Source: Candidatus Heimdallarchaeota archaeon (GTDB lineage: Archaea > Asgardarchaeota > Heimdallarchaeia > JABLTI01). From it: DNA of 64,000 nt. The stretch covers positions 64,001 through 128,000 of the forward strand of contig JAHLVW010000094.1 of assembly GCA_019058275.1 (NCBI GenBank). The letters are read 5' to 3'. This document shows, one piece after another, positions 10,721 through 20,571 of the stretch (position 1 is its first letter; each line of letters opens with the position of its first letter). The notes under the pieces are model-generated. The model saw only the letters and a list, made by a program, of their open reading frames with translations. It was not told the origin of the DNA and did no database searches. The position numbers and the translations under genes were made by a program.

Positions 10721-10921
10721 ATGAGTACCAATGAGTTTATTGTTATAAGATGTCCTAGATGTGGAAAATGGACATATGCCAAAAGTAGACAAAAAACTCG
10801 TTTTTGTAGTAGGTGTGAAAAAAGATTCAAGATTAATCCTATACAAGTTATTTACGCAACAAGTCACCAACATGCAAATTTGCTTGTGAAAATGAAAAAT
10901 GAAGAAGAGATGCATAAATAA
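10721..10921 (+). CDS. Small Zn-ribbon protein (DUF1922-like)
   Basis: CPRCG...CSRC in a 66-aa ORF. Confidence 0.7.
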   Translation: MSTNEFIVIRCPRCGKWTYAKSRQKTRFCSRCEKRFKINPIQVIYATSHQHANLLVKMKNEEEMHK

Positions 10922-11048
10922 TCTTATTAATTATATAGAATTTGAATAACTATTTAATTTGCACAAACAAACGGAAAAATATTTTAAAGACAAATATTTT
11001 TACAAACACTAGTCCAAAAAAATCTGAGTATCATATGTGGTGTAAAAT

Positions 11049-11237
11049 TTGAAACCAAGGTCATGGATGATCCTAATAATTGCTATAGGAGCAATTGCTC
11101 TTGTCACTGGTATACTATTAGCAATGCCTGATAGAATTATAGAGTTTTTCAATATCCCTCCAACGTCAATTGACGCTTTTAAGGACTTTATTCAGCAATA
11201 TGTGACCGGAATACCTATCCCACCACCGATATCATAA
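11049..11237 (+). CDS. Small single-pass membrane protein
   Basis: N-terminal hydrophobic helix; directly upstream of, and co-oriented with, the 4Fe-4S membrane protein. Confidence 0.55.
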   Translation: MKPRSWMILIIAIGAIALVTGILLAMPDRIIEFFNIPPTSIDAFKDFIQQYVTGIPIPPPIS

Positions 11238-11266
11238 TAACCAACTAACTTACGGAGAAAAACAAG

Positions 11267-12217
11267 ATGGGTACACGCGCTCAAGATTCAAAGGTCAAAG
11301 CATTTGGTTTACGTGTATTAGAAACTATGAATGCTAGAAAGGTACGTCTCTTAAGATGGCTTGTTCAAATAGTTTCTTTTGTACTAATCAACGGTGGATT
11401 GATTGGCCTAGGTTGGACCTATATACCTTTACCAATTAATCAACCAGCAGGTGCTCCATTTACCACTATTGTTGGAGGATTCGATGCATTTCAACAGATT
11501 TTTTCTGCTGGCTATTTTCCATTCTTAATATTTGGTGTATGCTTAATAATTGGTGGTATATTTGGTAGAATGCTATGTGGCTGGATCTGTCCTTTCGGAT
11601 TCTTCCAAGATTTAATGAGATTGGTACCAGTTAAGAAGCTAAAGGTTTCAAAACCATTGAATAAAGGATTGCGAGATATGCGTGCAGTCGTTTTCTGGGC
11701 AATAATTATTATCGCTGGATTTCTAGGTTACAGAGAACTAATAGGTGATAGTGTTGCAGAAGGGTTCAGAGCATTTGCTAAGCAACCATGGACTCCTTTA
11801 AATCCTGCAGCAACTTTATTTGTAATGTTCTATTACATGGTATTCTGGAAACAATACCCAGGCGGAGAGGAAGACTTCGTAGCTGGTGATTGGAAATTCA
11901 TGTTCTATTTCAGAATAATCCTATTGCTAGCAGTAATTGGATTAAGCATCTTTATTCCAAGATTCTACTGCAGATATGTCTGTCCAATTGGTTATACGAT
12001 GGGTTATACTGCAAAATACAGTCTTATAGGAATTGCTCGAAATCCTGCAAGATGTACACGATGTGGTAGTTGTGAAGACATGTGTGAAAAGAGCGCAATG
12101 CAAGTACCTATACTTGACTACTCGTATGAAAGGGTGCGGGATACCAACTGTACGAATTGTGGCTCTTGCTTAGATGCATGTCCTCATGGAGCTATCTACT
12201 TCAAATTCAAAGGATAA
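11267..12217 (+). CDS. NapH/MauN-like membrane 4Fe-4S protein
   Basis: GRMLCGWICPFG and RFYCRYVCPIG motifs, plus two ferredoxin clusters (CTRCGSCEDMC, CTNCGSCLDACP). Confidence 0.88.
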   Translation: MGTRAQDSKVKAFGLRVLETMNARKVRLLRWLVQIVSFVLINGGLIGLGWTYIPLPINQPAGAPFTTIVGGFDAFQQIFSAGYFPFLIFGVCLIIGGIFGRMLCGWICPFGFFQDLMRLVPVKKLKVSKPLNKGLRDMRAVVFWAIIIIAGFLGYRELIGDSVAEGFRAFAKQPWTPLNPAATLFVMFYYMVFWKQYPGGEEDFVAGDWKFMFYFRIILLLAVIGLSIFIPRFYCRYVCPIGYTMGYTAKYSLIGIARNPARCTRCGSCEDMCEKSAMQVPILDYSYERVRDTNCTNCGSCLDACPHGAIYFKFKG

Positions 12218-12231
12218 TCTTATTAACTATT

Positions 12232-12255
12232 AAATCCCTTTAGGGATTTTTTCTT
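12232..12255 (+). terminator. Hairpin plus U-tract terminator
   Basis: AAATCCCT-TT-AGGGATTT followed by T-rich sequence. Confidence 0.5.
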
Positions 12256-12294
12256 ATTCTTTTTCATTTTCCCGCAAAAGCATTTTAGTTTGAA

Positions 12295-13071
12295 ATGATA
12301 TACTCTTCTAGTGTGGGAATAATGAATTCAGATATGGAATCATGCATTAAGATAGTAAAAGAGCTAAAACGTAAAGGTGCAATTAATGCTTATGTTCTTA
12401 CAGGAGCAGGAATTTCGAGAGCTTCTAATATTCCTACATTTCGAGGAGAAGATGGTCTATGGGAAAAGTACAATTTTGAAGAAGTTGCTACAATTGATGC
12501 ATGGTTGAAAAATCCAACTAAGATATGGACTTTCTATGCTGAGGGTATTGATATTATTCTGAATGCTGAACCCAATCCAGCACATAAATCCATTACTCAA
12601 TTACAAGAACATGGATTCTGCAAATACATAATCACTCAAAATGTTGATAACCTTCATCAAAAAGCTGGATCAAAGGATGTTCTTGAGATACATGGAAATA
12701 TAACACGTGTTCGTTGTATGGAGTGCAATGAGAAGCAAGTTTATACAGAACCCCTAAAAGAAATTCCTCCAATGTGTAAGTGTGGAGGTATGCTGAGACT
12801 AGATGTCGTTCTATTTAATGAACAACTACCATACGAATTGATAAATAAGGCATTTGATATTGCAAAAAAAGCTGATTTAGTATTTATAGTTGGTACAAGC
12901 GCTGAAGTTGTACCAGCAGCTACATTACCATATATCTCTAAGAAAAATGGAGCAAAAATTATAATATTTAACAAAGAAAAAACTGAACATGTTCAAATTG
13001 CTGATTGCTTCATAACCGGAAAATGCGAGGAAAGTCTTCCGAAATTTCTGAATATGTTGCTGAATCATTAA
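12295..13071 (+). CDS. cobB: NAD-dependent protein deacylase (Sir2/CobB)
   Basis: GAGISRASNIPTFRG, TQNVDNLH, HG, Zn CxxC..CxC and GTSAEV motifs. Confidence 0.95.
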   Translation: MIYSSSVGIMNSDMESCIKIVKELKRKGAINAYVLTGAGISRASNIPTFRGEDGLWEKYNFEEVATIDAWLKNPTKIWTFYAEGIDIILNAEPNPAHKSITQLQEHGFCKYIITQNVDNLHQKAGSKDVLEIHGNITRVRCMECNEKQVYTEPLKEIPPMCKCGGMLRLDVVLFNEQLPYELINKAFDIAKKADLVFIVGTSAEVVPAATLPYISKKNGAKIIIFNKEKTEHVQIADCFITGKCEESLPKFLNMLLNH

Positions 13072-13173
13072 ATTCTAATTAAAACAATAAAAAAGTAAAT
13101 TAATTGCTTATCATCGGAATATTTACATTAACAAATGAAATCAAAGTCTATTTGATGATTTGGAGCTAGGAGA

Positions 13174-14433
13174 ATGAAAATTTACTTAACAATTTCGCTA
13201 ATAGGACCTTTCATTCTAGATGATGATGGAAATATCATTAATACTAGAGACTTTAAATTAGATCCGAAACTCGTAGCAAAGAAGCTATCTGCTATTGATT
13301 CAGGAAAGGGTCCCAAAGAATTGGATGAAATCCTCAAAGAACACAAAAAAGACGATATTGTTGTTACAGACTCAAAACTTAATCGAATCCTTTCATCTCA
13401 AGGATTTAAAGTAATTAGCGAATTCCAGAATCCTATTATTAGAAACTTCCACAAGGAGATAATTACTCATATACAAAATATGGGTATCTTCAAAACCGAG
13501 AAAGATTATCTGAAGTTCCTCAGAGAAACATCCATAGCATTAACTCGAGAAAGAGTTAGAGCAGCAGCTGAAAAAAGAGATCGATTGATTGTTCATGCTA
13601 TAGAAACAATAGATGATACAGATAAAACAACTAATCTGTTTGCTAATAGGTTAAGGGAATTTTATGGTATGCATTTTCCGGAATTAGTTGATGCTATTGA
13701 AAATCACAATACTTTTGCTATCATTGTAAGCAAAACTGGAGATAAGATGAACATTGACAAAAAATTACTTGTAGATGAAATCAAACTTCCAGATAAAAAA
13801 GCAGAAACACTTTTGGCATCACGCGAAACTTCAATGGGTTCTGATTTACTCGAACAAGATATGATAATAATTAAAGAACAAGCAAAAACACTTGTTAATC
13901 TATTCAAGCGTCGACAAGCACTTGAAAAATGGATGGAGGAAGCTATGACAACAGTAGCACCAAATATTTGTGGAGTTGTTAGCCCACTTTTAGGTGCTAG
14001 GTTAATTTCACTAGCAGGTTCTCTGAAAGGTTTAGCTTTATGTGCATCAAGTAAAATACAAATTTTGGGTGCGGAGAAGGCTCTCTATAGAACAATTAAA
14101 ACAGGTGCACCTCCTCCAAAACATGGTATTATTTATCAAGATCCAAGATTAAATCAAGCTAAGTGGTGGCTTAGAGGAAAAATTGCTCGAGTGCTATCTG
14201 GAAGACTTTCAATTGCAGCTCGTATGGATTATTTTGAAGCTGACGATAAATCTAAGGATTTAGCTAAGGAATTAAGTAAAAAAATAGAAGAAGTTAAGAT
14301 CAAGTATCCCGATCCTCCTAGTAGACCACCTCGGAAACCAAAACCCATGAAAAGTTTTGCAAAAGGTGGTGCTACAAGACCAAGACCTTCTGGTTCAAAG
14401 AAGAGCAAAGGCAGCTATAAGAAGAAGAGATGA
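13174..14433 (+). CDS. nop5: Box C/D sRNP protein Nop5 (Nop56/58)
   Basis: LREFYGMHFPEL, IQILGAEKALY and PPKHGIIYQ motifs; basic tail; adjacent to fibrillarin. Confidence 0.95.
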   Translation: MKIYLTISLIGPFILDDDGNIINTRDFKLDPKLVAKKLSAIDSGKGPKELDEILKEHKKDDIVVTDSKLNRILSSQGFKVISEFQNPIIRNFHKEIITHIQNMGIFKTEKDYLKFLRETSIALTRERVRAAAEKRDRLIVHAIETIDDTDKTTNLFANRLREFYGMHFPELVDAIENHNTFAIIVSKTGDKMNIDKKLLVDEIKLPDKKAETLLASRETSMGSDLLEQDMIIIKEQAKTLVNLFKRRQALEKWMEEAMTTVAPNICGVVSPLLGARLISLAGSLKGLALCASSKIQILGAEKALYRTIKTGAPPPKHGIIYQDPRLNQAKWWLRGKIARVLSGRLSIAARMDYFEADDKSKDLAKELSKKIEEVKIKYPDPPSRPPRKPKPMKSFAKGGATRPRPSGSKKSKGSYKKKR

Positions 14434-14455
14434 ATTATAGAAGGTGAATTGACAA

Positions 14456-15142
14456 ATGGAAATTAAAAAATACAAATCTTTTGAAGGCATTTATCATGTA
14501 ATCTTTCCAGAGGGAGTGCGAAAAATCGCAACATTGAATTTTACCCCCGGTCATCGAGTTTATGGTGAAGATTTAATTCCATTGGGTAAGCAAGAATATC
14601 GCTTATGGGACCCAACAAGATCAAAGCTCGCAGCTGCCATTGTTAAAGGTTTAAAGAAAGTACCAATAATTCCAGGTAGCTATGTTCTATATTTGGGTGC
14701 TGCTTCTGGAACAACTCCAAGTCATGTCTCTGATATCATTGGTTTAAAGGGATTTGAATATTGTATTGAATTCTCGCCTAGATCAATTAGAGATTTAGTC
14801 TTTCTATGTGAAAAACGTCAAAATATGTCGCCGATTTTAGAAGATGCAAGATATCCCAAGAACTATGAATATTTGGTTAATCCAGTAGATGTAGTATATT
14901 GTGATATTGCACAGCCAGATCAAGCGAAAATTATGGCTGATAATGCAAATGCCTTTCTAAAGAAAGGGGGGTATATCTTACTAGCAATTAAAGCAAGAAG
15001 CATAAGTTCGACTAAAAATCCATCAATTATTTACAAGCAACAAATGGAAATACTAGAAGATGAGGGTTTTGAAATCATAGAAGCTATAGACTTACATCCT
15101 CTAGAAAAAGACCATGCTATGATTTTAGGAAAGAAAAATTAA
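14456..15142 (+). CDS. flpA: Fibrillarin rRNA/tRNA 2'-O-methyltransferase
   Basis: YRLWDPTRSKLAAAI, VLYLGAASGTTPSHVSD and DIAQPDQ motifs. Confidence 0.97.
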   Translation: MEIKKYKSFEGIYHVIFPEGVRKIATLNFTPGHRVYGEDLIPLGKQEYRLWDPTRSKLAAAIVKGLKKVPIIPGSYVLYLGAASGTTPSHVSDIIGLKGFEYCIEFSPRSIRDLVFLCEKRQNMSPILEDARYPKNYEYLVNPVDVVYCDIAQPDQAKIMADNANAFLKKGGYILLAIKARSISSTKNPSIIYKQQMEILEDEGFEIIEAIDLHPLEKDHAMILGKKN

Positions 15143-15244
15143 GCTAGATTTTCACAAACAAAAGATTATATAAACTTGAAAGTAAATCAATAAGTATAAA
15201 CTTTGAATAAAATCGCTGGATATGCATTATAGGAGTTTGCCAGA

Positions 15245-16114
15245 TTGAAACTTAGAAGAACCAGAATTAAAAAAATGTTCAAAGATAAAAATGCTGTTTC
15301 TCAAATTCTGGCTGCTATAATGATGATCTTTCTATTTACAGCTGCGATAGGTGTTGTATGGGGCTATCTCTATCCTACTTACAGACGATTTCAAACAACA
15401 AATGCAATAAACAGTGTTACATTATATATGCTGAATATTGATGAATCGATTTATGATATATATGGAAAAGGAGAAGGAACAACAAAAACCATAAGAGTCG
15501 ATCCTAGTTATGGAACTTTCTTTTATGAGGAAGGAAAAAATGTTAGTTTACAGTATAGTAATACTGCAGGAACATTTACTGGGTCATATGTTTTCTCTAA
15601 ATTGGGTGCGTTTTCATATTCACTTGAAAATAGAAGGGGAGTAATCCTTGACGTAGGACAACATCGATATCTTAAAGGACCTAAAGTCCAAAATACTTTC
15701 TTCATAAATGGATCAGACGATGGTTTAACTTACCAGGGCTTAACAAATCTCACCTTATCACGCACAGATGAAAAAGCAATGAAAATAGAGCTTGAATACC
15801 GAGCAAGAGTTTACTATTGGTTTGATCAAACAAATAACGTATTATCTGTAATCATTAATTTAGTACAAATAGACATTAATGGAGTAGAATTCAGTTTTCA
15901 TGATTATAATGAATTGGTATTAGCTTATAATACTACAAGAACAGTTTATTCAACTAGTGCTAATATTGATGACGATTTCTTTATAGATGGCTCAATAGCT
16001 TCAGTTGGCTTTAACCCTTCAGAACCAGCTTTAACATTTATTAAACCTCTAGCTGTTGCTAATTATGATGTAAATATAGATGTTGTAGTTTCACAAATTC
16101 TATTTTATTATTGA
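15245..16114 (+). CDS. Type IV pilin/archaellin-like protein with a class III signal peptide
   Basis: KDKNA|VSQILAAIMMIFLFTAAIGVVWG: basic leader, prepilin-peptidase-type site and hydrophobic helix, then a beta-rich body with N-x-S/T sites. Confidence 0.7.
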   Translation: MKLRRTRIKKMFKDKNAVSQILAAIMMIFLFTAAIGVVWGYLYPTYRRFQTTNAINSVTLYMLNIDESIYDIYGKGEGTTKTIRVDPSYGTFFYEEGKNVSLQYSNTAGTFTGSYVFSKLGAFSYSLENRRGVILDVGQHRYLKGPKVQNTFFINGSDDGLTYQGLTNLTLSRTDEKAMKIELEYRARVYYWFDQTNNVLSVIINLVQIDINGVEFSFHDYNELVLAYNTTRTVYSTSANIDDDFFIDGSIASVGFNPSEPALTFIKPLAVANYDVNIDVVVSQILFYY

Positions 16115-16215
16115 AAATTAAACAACTTTCATTTATCCTTTTTCATACTAACTTTTAAATACAAGCTTATAGTGCCAAATCATTGCTGAAGAGAATAAGC
16201 TGGAGATTGAATACG

Positions 16216-16524
16216 ATGGTCAAAATCCCCGCGAAAATGCGTACCTATTGTAAAAAATGCAACAAACATACTACCCAAACCGTTAGACAAGAAAAAGGCG
16301 GTCGACGTGGTAGTGGTCTTGTAAAAGGTACTAGACGTGCTAAAAGACATAAAAGAGGATCAGGTAATAAAGGAAAATATTCCAAGAAAGCTGTTTCTCA
16401 ACTTAAGATGGCTTCCAAAACCTCAGCAAAGGTCGATTTAAGATTAACTTGTGATGAATGTAAAGCCACATGGGTTAGAACCTATGCTCGTGCACGTTCT
16501 GTAGAAATAGTCAAAACGGGTTAA
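16216..16524 (+). CDS. rpl44e: 50S ribosomal protein L44e
   Basis: MVKIPAKMRTYCKKCNKHT...KVDLRLTCDEC; start taken at ATG 16216. Confidence 0.95.
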   Translation: MVKIPAKMRTYCKKCNKHTTQTVRQEKGGRRGSGLVKGTRRAKRHKRGSGNKGKYSKKAVSQLKMASKTSAKVDLRLTCDECKATWVRTYARARSVEIVKTG

Positions 16525-16641
16525 ATCCCAATTTTTCAATATTTTACTGATACTTTTCCTTATTTTTCATTCATAAAAGTTAGTCATTTTATTTATGTGA
16601 TGCTTAGTTATATTACAAATGAAATGTTAGTGTGTGTAGAA

Positions 16642-17430
16642 ATGAGTGGAAATCATCTAAATATCATTACAAAAATAATTAGCGACTTTAAATTGAAAAA
16701 TGGAGTACTAATACAATGCTTCCCAGGACAAGGTCTTGTTGGTCGTATTGCAGGGATGCAATTAATAGAGTACTTCAATGCTAAAAAAGCTGCCAAAATA
16801 TATTCAAGTTATTTTCCTCATCTTGTGATATTTCAAGGAGAACTCGGGAAATTAGTTCATGGTGAATTGTGGGCTATTGAAAAAAACAATCCTCCTCTGT
16901 TAATTCTCACAGGTGAAAGTCAACCCCAAGAAGGCGCTGAAGGAATGTTTCAAGTTTTGAATGCAACATTAGACATTGCTGAAAAGTGGGGTATTAACAA
17001 AGTAATTGCTATAGGTGGTTTTAGACCAGCAGATTTAGAATCAACACCTGAAGTAACTGCTTTTGCCTATACTGAAGATGATGCTAATAGGCTTAAAGAA
17101 CATAACATTAATCTCTTCACTGAAGGAAGAGTTAGTGGTGCAGTAGGAGTTCTAACAGCTCTTGCTTCAGAAAGAGGTTTCATGTCATATGGAATAATGG
17201 GTAAAGTAAGACCAGGTGAAGGTTCCGCACTTGCTTTTGGAGTTGATCCTATTGCTTCAAAAAATGTTTTAAATGCTGTCTGTAAATTATTAGGTTTTGA
17301 AATGGATTTATCTAAAATGGATCAAATGATTCAAGATATTCAGCAAACTGAAGCAAAAGCAATGCGTGTCATTGACGATTTAAGTAGAACAAGAACTGAT
17401 AGAGCAGAAAGAAAGACCTACTATATTTAA
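16642..17430 (+). CDS. Proteasome assembly chaperone PAC2 family protein
   Basis: FPGQGLVGRIA, YSSYFP, GESQP, IGG and DPIAS motifs; follows L44e as in the conserved archaeal neighbourhood. Confidence 0.85.
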   Translation: MSGNHLNIITKIISDFKLKNGVLIQCFPGQGLVGRIAGMQLIEYFNAKKAAKIYSSYFPHLVIFQGELGKLVHGELWAIEKNNPPLLILTGESQPQEGAEGMFQVLNATLDIAEKWGINKVIAIGGFRPADLESTPEVTAFAYTEDDANRLKEHNINLFTEGRVSGAVGVLTALASERGFMSYGIMGKVRPGEGSALAFGVDPIASKNVLNAVCKLLGFEMDLSKMDQMIQDIQQTEAKAMRVIDDLSRTRTDRAERKTYYI

Positions 17431-17503
17431 GAAAAAAAGATTAGAATTTTTGAGATTTCTCTCAAAATTTCTTATCCAATATTTGGCTTTTTTTTTATTA
17501 ATG

Positions 17504-18346
17504 TTAAATTTTAATCTTTGCAAGGAGATTATCAATAATCTTCTCGAAGATTTTTTGCGAATCACAATTTGTAGAAACTATTGGTTTACCTGAATCAGCT
17601 AAGGGAACAATTTTCGGATCGATAGGGATTGATCCTAGGAAAGGTATTCCAAGTTCTTGAGCTGCTTTCTTTCCACCATCCTTACTAAAGATATTAATCT
17701 CTTCATCACAATGAGGGCATTTGAATCCGCTCATATTCTCAATAATCCCTAGAACCTTCATACCAACTTTAGCTACAAAGCTAATTGATTTCTTCACATC
17801 AAGTAGTGCAACTTCCTGTGGTGTTGTTACAATAATTACACCATCTGCTCTTGGAATCATTTGTGCAACACTTAGAGGTTCATCACTTGTTCCGGGGGGT
17901 AAATCAATTACTAGAAAATCAAGATGACCCCAATTAACGTCACCAAGAAACTGATTAATTGCTCCCATTTTCAATGGGCCTCTCCAAATAATTGCGTCCT
18001 TTTTATTTTCTAAAAGAAATTCCATGGAAATAATTTTTACACCATCAATTGATTCAACAGGAATCATCTTCTTCTTCTCTTGATCATAATCAGGTCTTTT
18101 ATCTTCAAGACCAACCATCTTTGGTACATTTGGACCAGTTATATCAGCATCTAATATGCCGACAGCATGACCTCTCTTAGCCAAAGATGTGGCAAGGTTT
18201 ACTGCAATAGTAGTTTTACCAACTCCACCTTTCCCACTAGCTATAACAAAAACATGATCTATGTCCTTCAATGCAGCCATTATTTTTGCTTTCATTGGAT
18301 CTATTACCGGTGCACCAGTTGGTGTCTTAATTTCTTTTTTGTCCAT
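17504..18346 (-). CDS. mrp: Mrp/NBP35 Fe-S cluster carrier ATPase
   Basis: [31 protein letters not shown] and ENMS..CPHC motifs. Confidence 0.95.
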   Translation of the reverse strand: MDKKEIKTPTGAPVIDPMKAKIMAALKDIDHVFVIASGKGGVGKTTIAVNLATSLAKRGHAVGILDADITGPNVPKMVGLEDKRPDYDQEKKKMIPVESIDGVKIISMEFLLENKKDAIIWRGPLKMGAINQFLGDVNWGHLDFLVIDLPPGTSDEPLSVAQMIPRADGVIIVTTPQEVALLDVKKSISFVAKVGMKVLGIIENMSGFKCPHCDEEINIFSKDGGKKAAQELGIPFLGSIPIDPKIVPLADSGKPIVSTNCDSQKIFEKIIDNLLAKIKI

Positions 18347-18514
18347 GATTGGTTAAACCAGCATAAGAATTTGAGTAATAGGTGATTGCTCCTTCTTTTA
18401 AAATTGTCCTCATACATGTTAAAGAAAAGGAGCTAAAATTTCTTATAGAATAAAGAAAGGGCAGAAGATTGAAACTATTTAGCAATCAGTCTATTAGTAT
18501 CAAAAGGTTATGAA

Positions 18515-18844
18515 TTAACACCAAGCTATAACTTTCTCATACTTGTCCATTATCAAAGAAATAGTCTCATCATAGTCTAATTGTTTTATATCAGGATGAA
18601 CATTATCTCCATAAATACCTCTGGCTTCAAGATCTTCTTTAATTGCATAAACAGTTATACCAAATTTTGCAGCATCTGCAATAATGTTCTTTCCTCCTTT
18701 CCAACAAGCAAGAGTACTGTCTTGAATAAGAAGAACACCAACATCGTTTCCATGTTCTTTTTGAGTCTTTGTTATGTCAAGAAGGGTACCTTGTGCTGCG
18801 CAAGTATAGATACTTTTTGAAGTTATAAATAGAATTTTAGTCAT
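18515..18844 (-). CDS. DsrH/TusB-like sulfur relay subunit
   Basis: LLIQDS and VYAIKEDLEARG motifs; last gene of a dsrEFH-like operon. Confidence 0.85.
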   Translation of the reverse strand: MTKILFITSKSIYTCAAQGTLLDITKTQKEHGNDVGVLLIQDSTLACWKGGKNIIADAAKFGITVYAIKEDLEARGIYGDNVHPDIKQLDYDETISLIMDKYEKVIAWC

Positions 18845-18856
18845 TTCTTGTACCTC

Positions 18857-19216
18857 CTAAAGTGCAATGGTTGCATCAGCTTGCAAGAGCAATTCACTAA
18901 ATTCATCAAGAGAAATGATTTTCACTTCTAACTTTGGGTCTAAATCTTCAGGTTTTACTCCTCTTTGTTTTAAGGAGTTTTCAAAAGCAAATATTGGAAT
19001 ATCATATCTATGCATAGCTTCTAGTGCTCCCATAACAGAATGATGCCCAATGCCATCAGGATTCTGATCCTTAATTAAATTAAAGACACCATCATCAATG
19101 AAAATGGCATCAGTTTCTACATCTAACACTAATAATCCTTGAGCAACACGAATGCCTTCAAGGCTGTTAATTTGCCCATATGGACCTTTACGGAAAATAA
19201 CAATTACTTTTTCCAT
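18857..19216 (-). CDS. DsrF/TusC-like sulfur relay subunit
   Basis: IFRKGPYG...EGIR, FIDDGVFNL and SLKQRG motifs; start ATG 19216 after an AGGAG SD. Confidence 0.85.
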   Translation of the reverse strand: MEKVIVIFRKGPYGQINSLEGIRVAQGLLVLDVETDAIFIDDGVFNLIKDQNPDGIGHHSVMGALEAMHRYDIPIFAFENSLKQRGVKPEDLDPKLEVKIISLDEFSELLLQADATIAL

Positions 19217-19229
19217 TTTTCGTTTCTCC

Positions 19230-19595
19230 TTATGCTGAAAAGATGAGTATACGATCTGCCTCTTCGACAAACTCACTTAATGCTCCAAGCCCATCGAATC
19301 CAGTTCCTTCTAATAATATGTCCTTACTTTGTGTTCCACGATATTCTGCACAAATAGGACAAGAAACAACTGTAACACCTTTATCAACTAATTCTTTGAA
19401 TAGCCCGGCGATATTTCTATCACGGTCATCAGATGGTTTGATGGTGTTAACATTGTTATATACCCCATCTGTATACAGGTAAATCCCAGTTACTTCATGA
19501 CCAGTTTTAAGAGCTGCATTAGCTAACTTCAGTACAGTATCAGAATTCTGAAAACTGTATGGGGATGTCATTAATAAAAATGCTATTTTACCCAT
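19230..19595 (-). CDS. DsrE/TusD-like sulfur relay subunit
   Basis: TSPY, YLYTDGV and the active-site region CPICAEYRG. Confidence 0.88.
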   Translation of the reverse strand: MGKIAFLLMTSPYSFQNSDTVLKLANAALKTGHEVTGIYLYTDGVYNNVNTIKPSDDRDRNIAGLFKELVDKGVTVVSCPICAEYRGTQSKDILLEGTGFDGLGALSEFVEEADRILIFSA

Positions 19596-19769
19596 TTTAG
19601 TCACCATATTTTCCTATCAAAAAGAGCTAGGTAGTTAAAGTATAAGTTATACGGTTTAAAAAATAAACCACTAATTTTTCCTTAGAAAATAAATGCTCAA
19701 CTTTATTTAAATGTCAAAGAAGAAGAATATAGCTAAGCTTAAATTAAAGCCCTTAGGATTTTGATTAAA

Positions 19770-20189
19770 ATGGCTGAAACAAAAAGAATGGCTATTGTTG
19801 TACATTCTGGTACATTAGATTTAGCCTATCCACCATTAATGCTTGCTGCTGCAGCGGGTGCATCTGATATGGAAGTTGATATGTTCTTCACATTTTGGGG
19901 ATTAAATCTCTTAAAAAAGAAAGGATTAAAAAGAGCAAAACTTTCTGGTGCATGGCGACTTGGTACAGGCATGATGAAATTGATGATTAAAAGAACAGGA
20001 ATGGCTTCTCTACCTGAATTGCTAGAAGCTGTTATTGATACTGGTAAAGTAAGACTCTATGCTTGTACTGCTACAATGGATATTATGATGGTTAAAAAAG
20101 AACAATTGATACCAGAAGTAACAGGTTTCATGGGAGCAGCTGGATTTTTAGATATTGCTGCAGATTGTGATATACAATTATTCATTTAA
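19770..20189 (+). CDS. DsrE2/DsrE-like family protein
   Basis: SGTLDLAYPPLMLA, FFTFWGL, LYACTATM and GAAGFL motifs. Confidence 0.88.
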   Translation: MAETKRMAIVVHSGTLDLAYPPLMLAAAAGASDMEVDMFFTFWGLNLLKKKGLKRAKLSGAWRLGTGMMKLMIKRTGMASLPELLEAVIDTGKVRLYACTATMDIMMVKKEQLIPEVTGFMGAAGFLDIAADCDIQLFI

Positions 20190-20201
20190 GGTGAAAGCAA
20201 A

Positions 20202-20444
20202 ATGTCTGATATGCCCACTCCAGACAAAACACTTGATGCTCGTGGATTCCAATGTCCTATGCCAATTTTAAAGGCTAAGAAAACCATCCAAAGTATGAAA
20301 ACAGGACAAATTCTTGAAGTTCTTTCTGAAGATCCTGGATCAAAAGAAGATTTTCCACGATGGGCAAAACGTACAGGTAATGAATTACTAGGTATTTTTG
20401 ATGAAGAAGATTATACTCGTTATTTCATAAAGAAGACAGTATAA
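20202..20444 (+). CDS. tusA: TusA/SirA sulfurtransferase
   Basis: LDARGFQCPMPILK and DPGSKEDFPRW motifs. Confidence 0.93.
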   Translation: MSDMPTPDKTLDARGFQCPMPILKAKKTIQSMKTGQILEVLSEDPGSKEDFPRWAKRTGNELLGIFDEEDYTRYFIKKTV

Positions 20445-20530
20445 ACATCTTCTATACCGTTTTTTCTATTTTTTAAGGTTAAAAATAAGTGGAATTTGAG
20501 CTTTAATCAAACACTCATTTATACCAAAAA

Positions 20531-20548
20531 AACGGTAAACTTTAAAAA
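20531..20548 (+). promoter_or_regulatory. BRE/TATA promoter of the permuted 5S rRNA precursor
   Basis: Purine-rich AACGGTAAAC then TTTAAAAA (20541-20548), about 25-30 nt upstream of the start of the terminal stem (~20571). Confidence 0.6.
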
Positions 20549-20571
20549 GTGAAGATTACTCGAAAGACTAC

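Noticed and set aside
13130-13173. K-turn / box C/D element in the nop5 leader (TGATGA)
   Set aside because: A short hairpin exists, but the tandem G-A pairs and 3-nt bulge are not in k-turn register.
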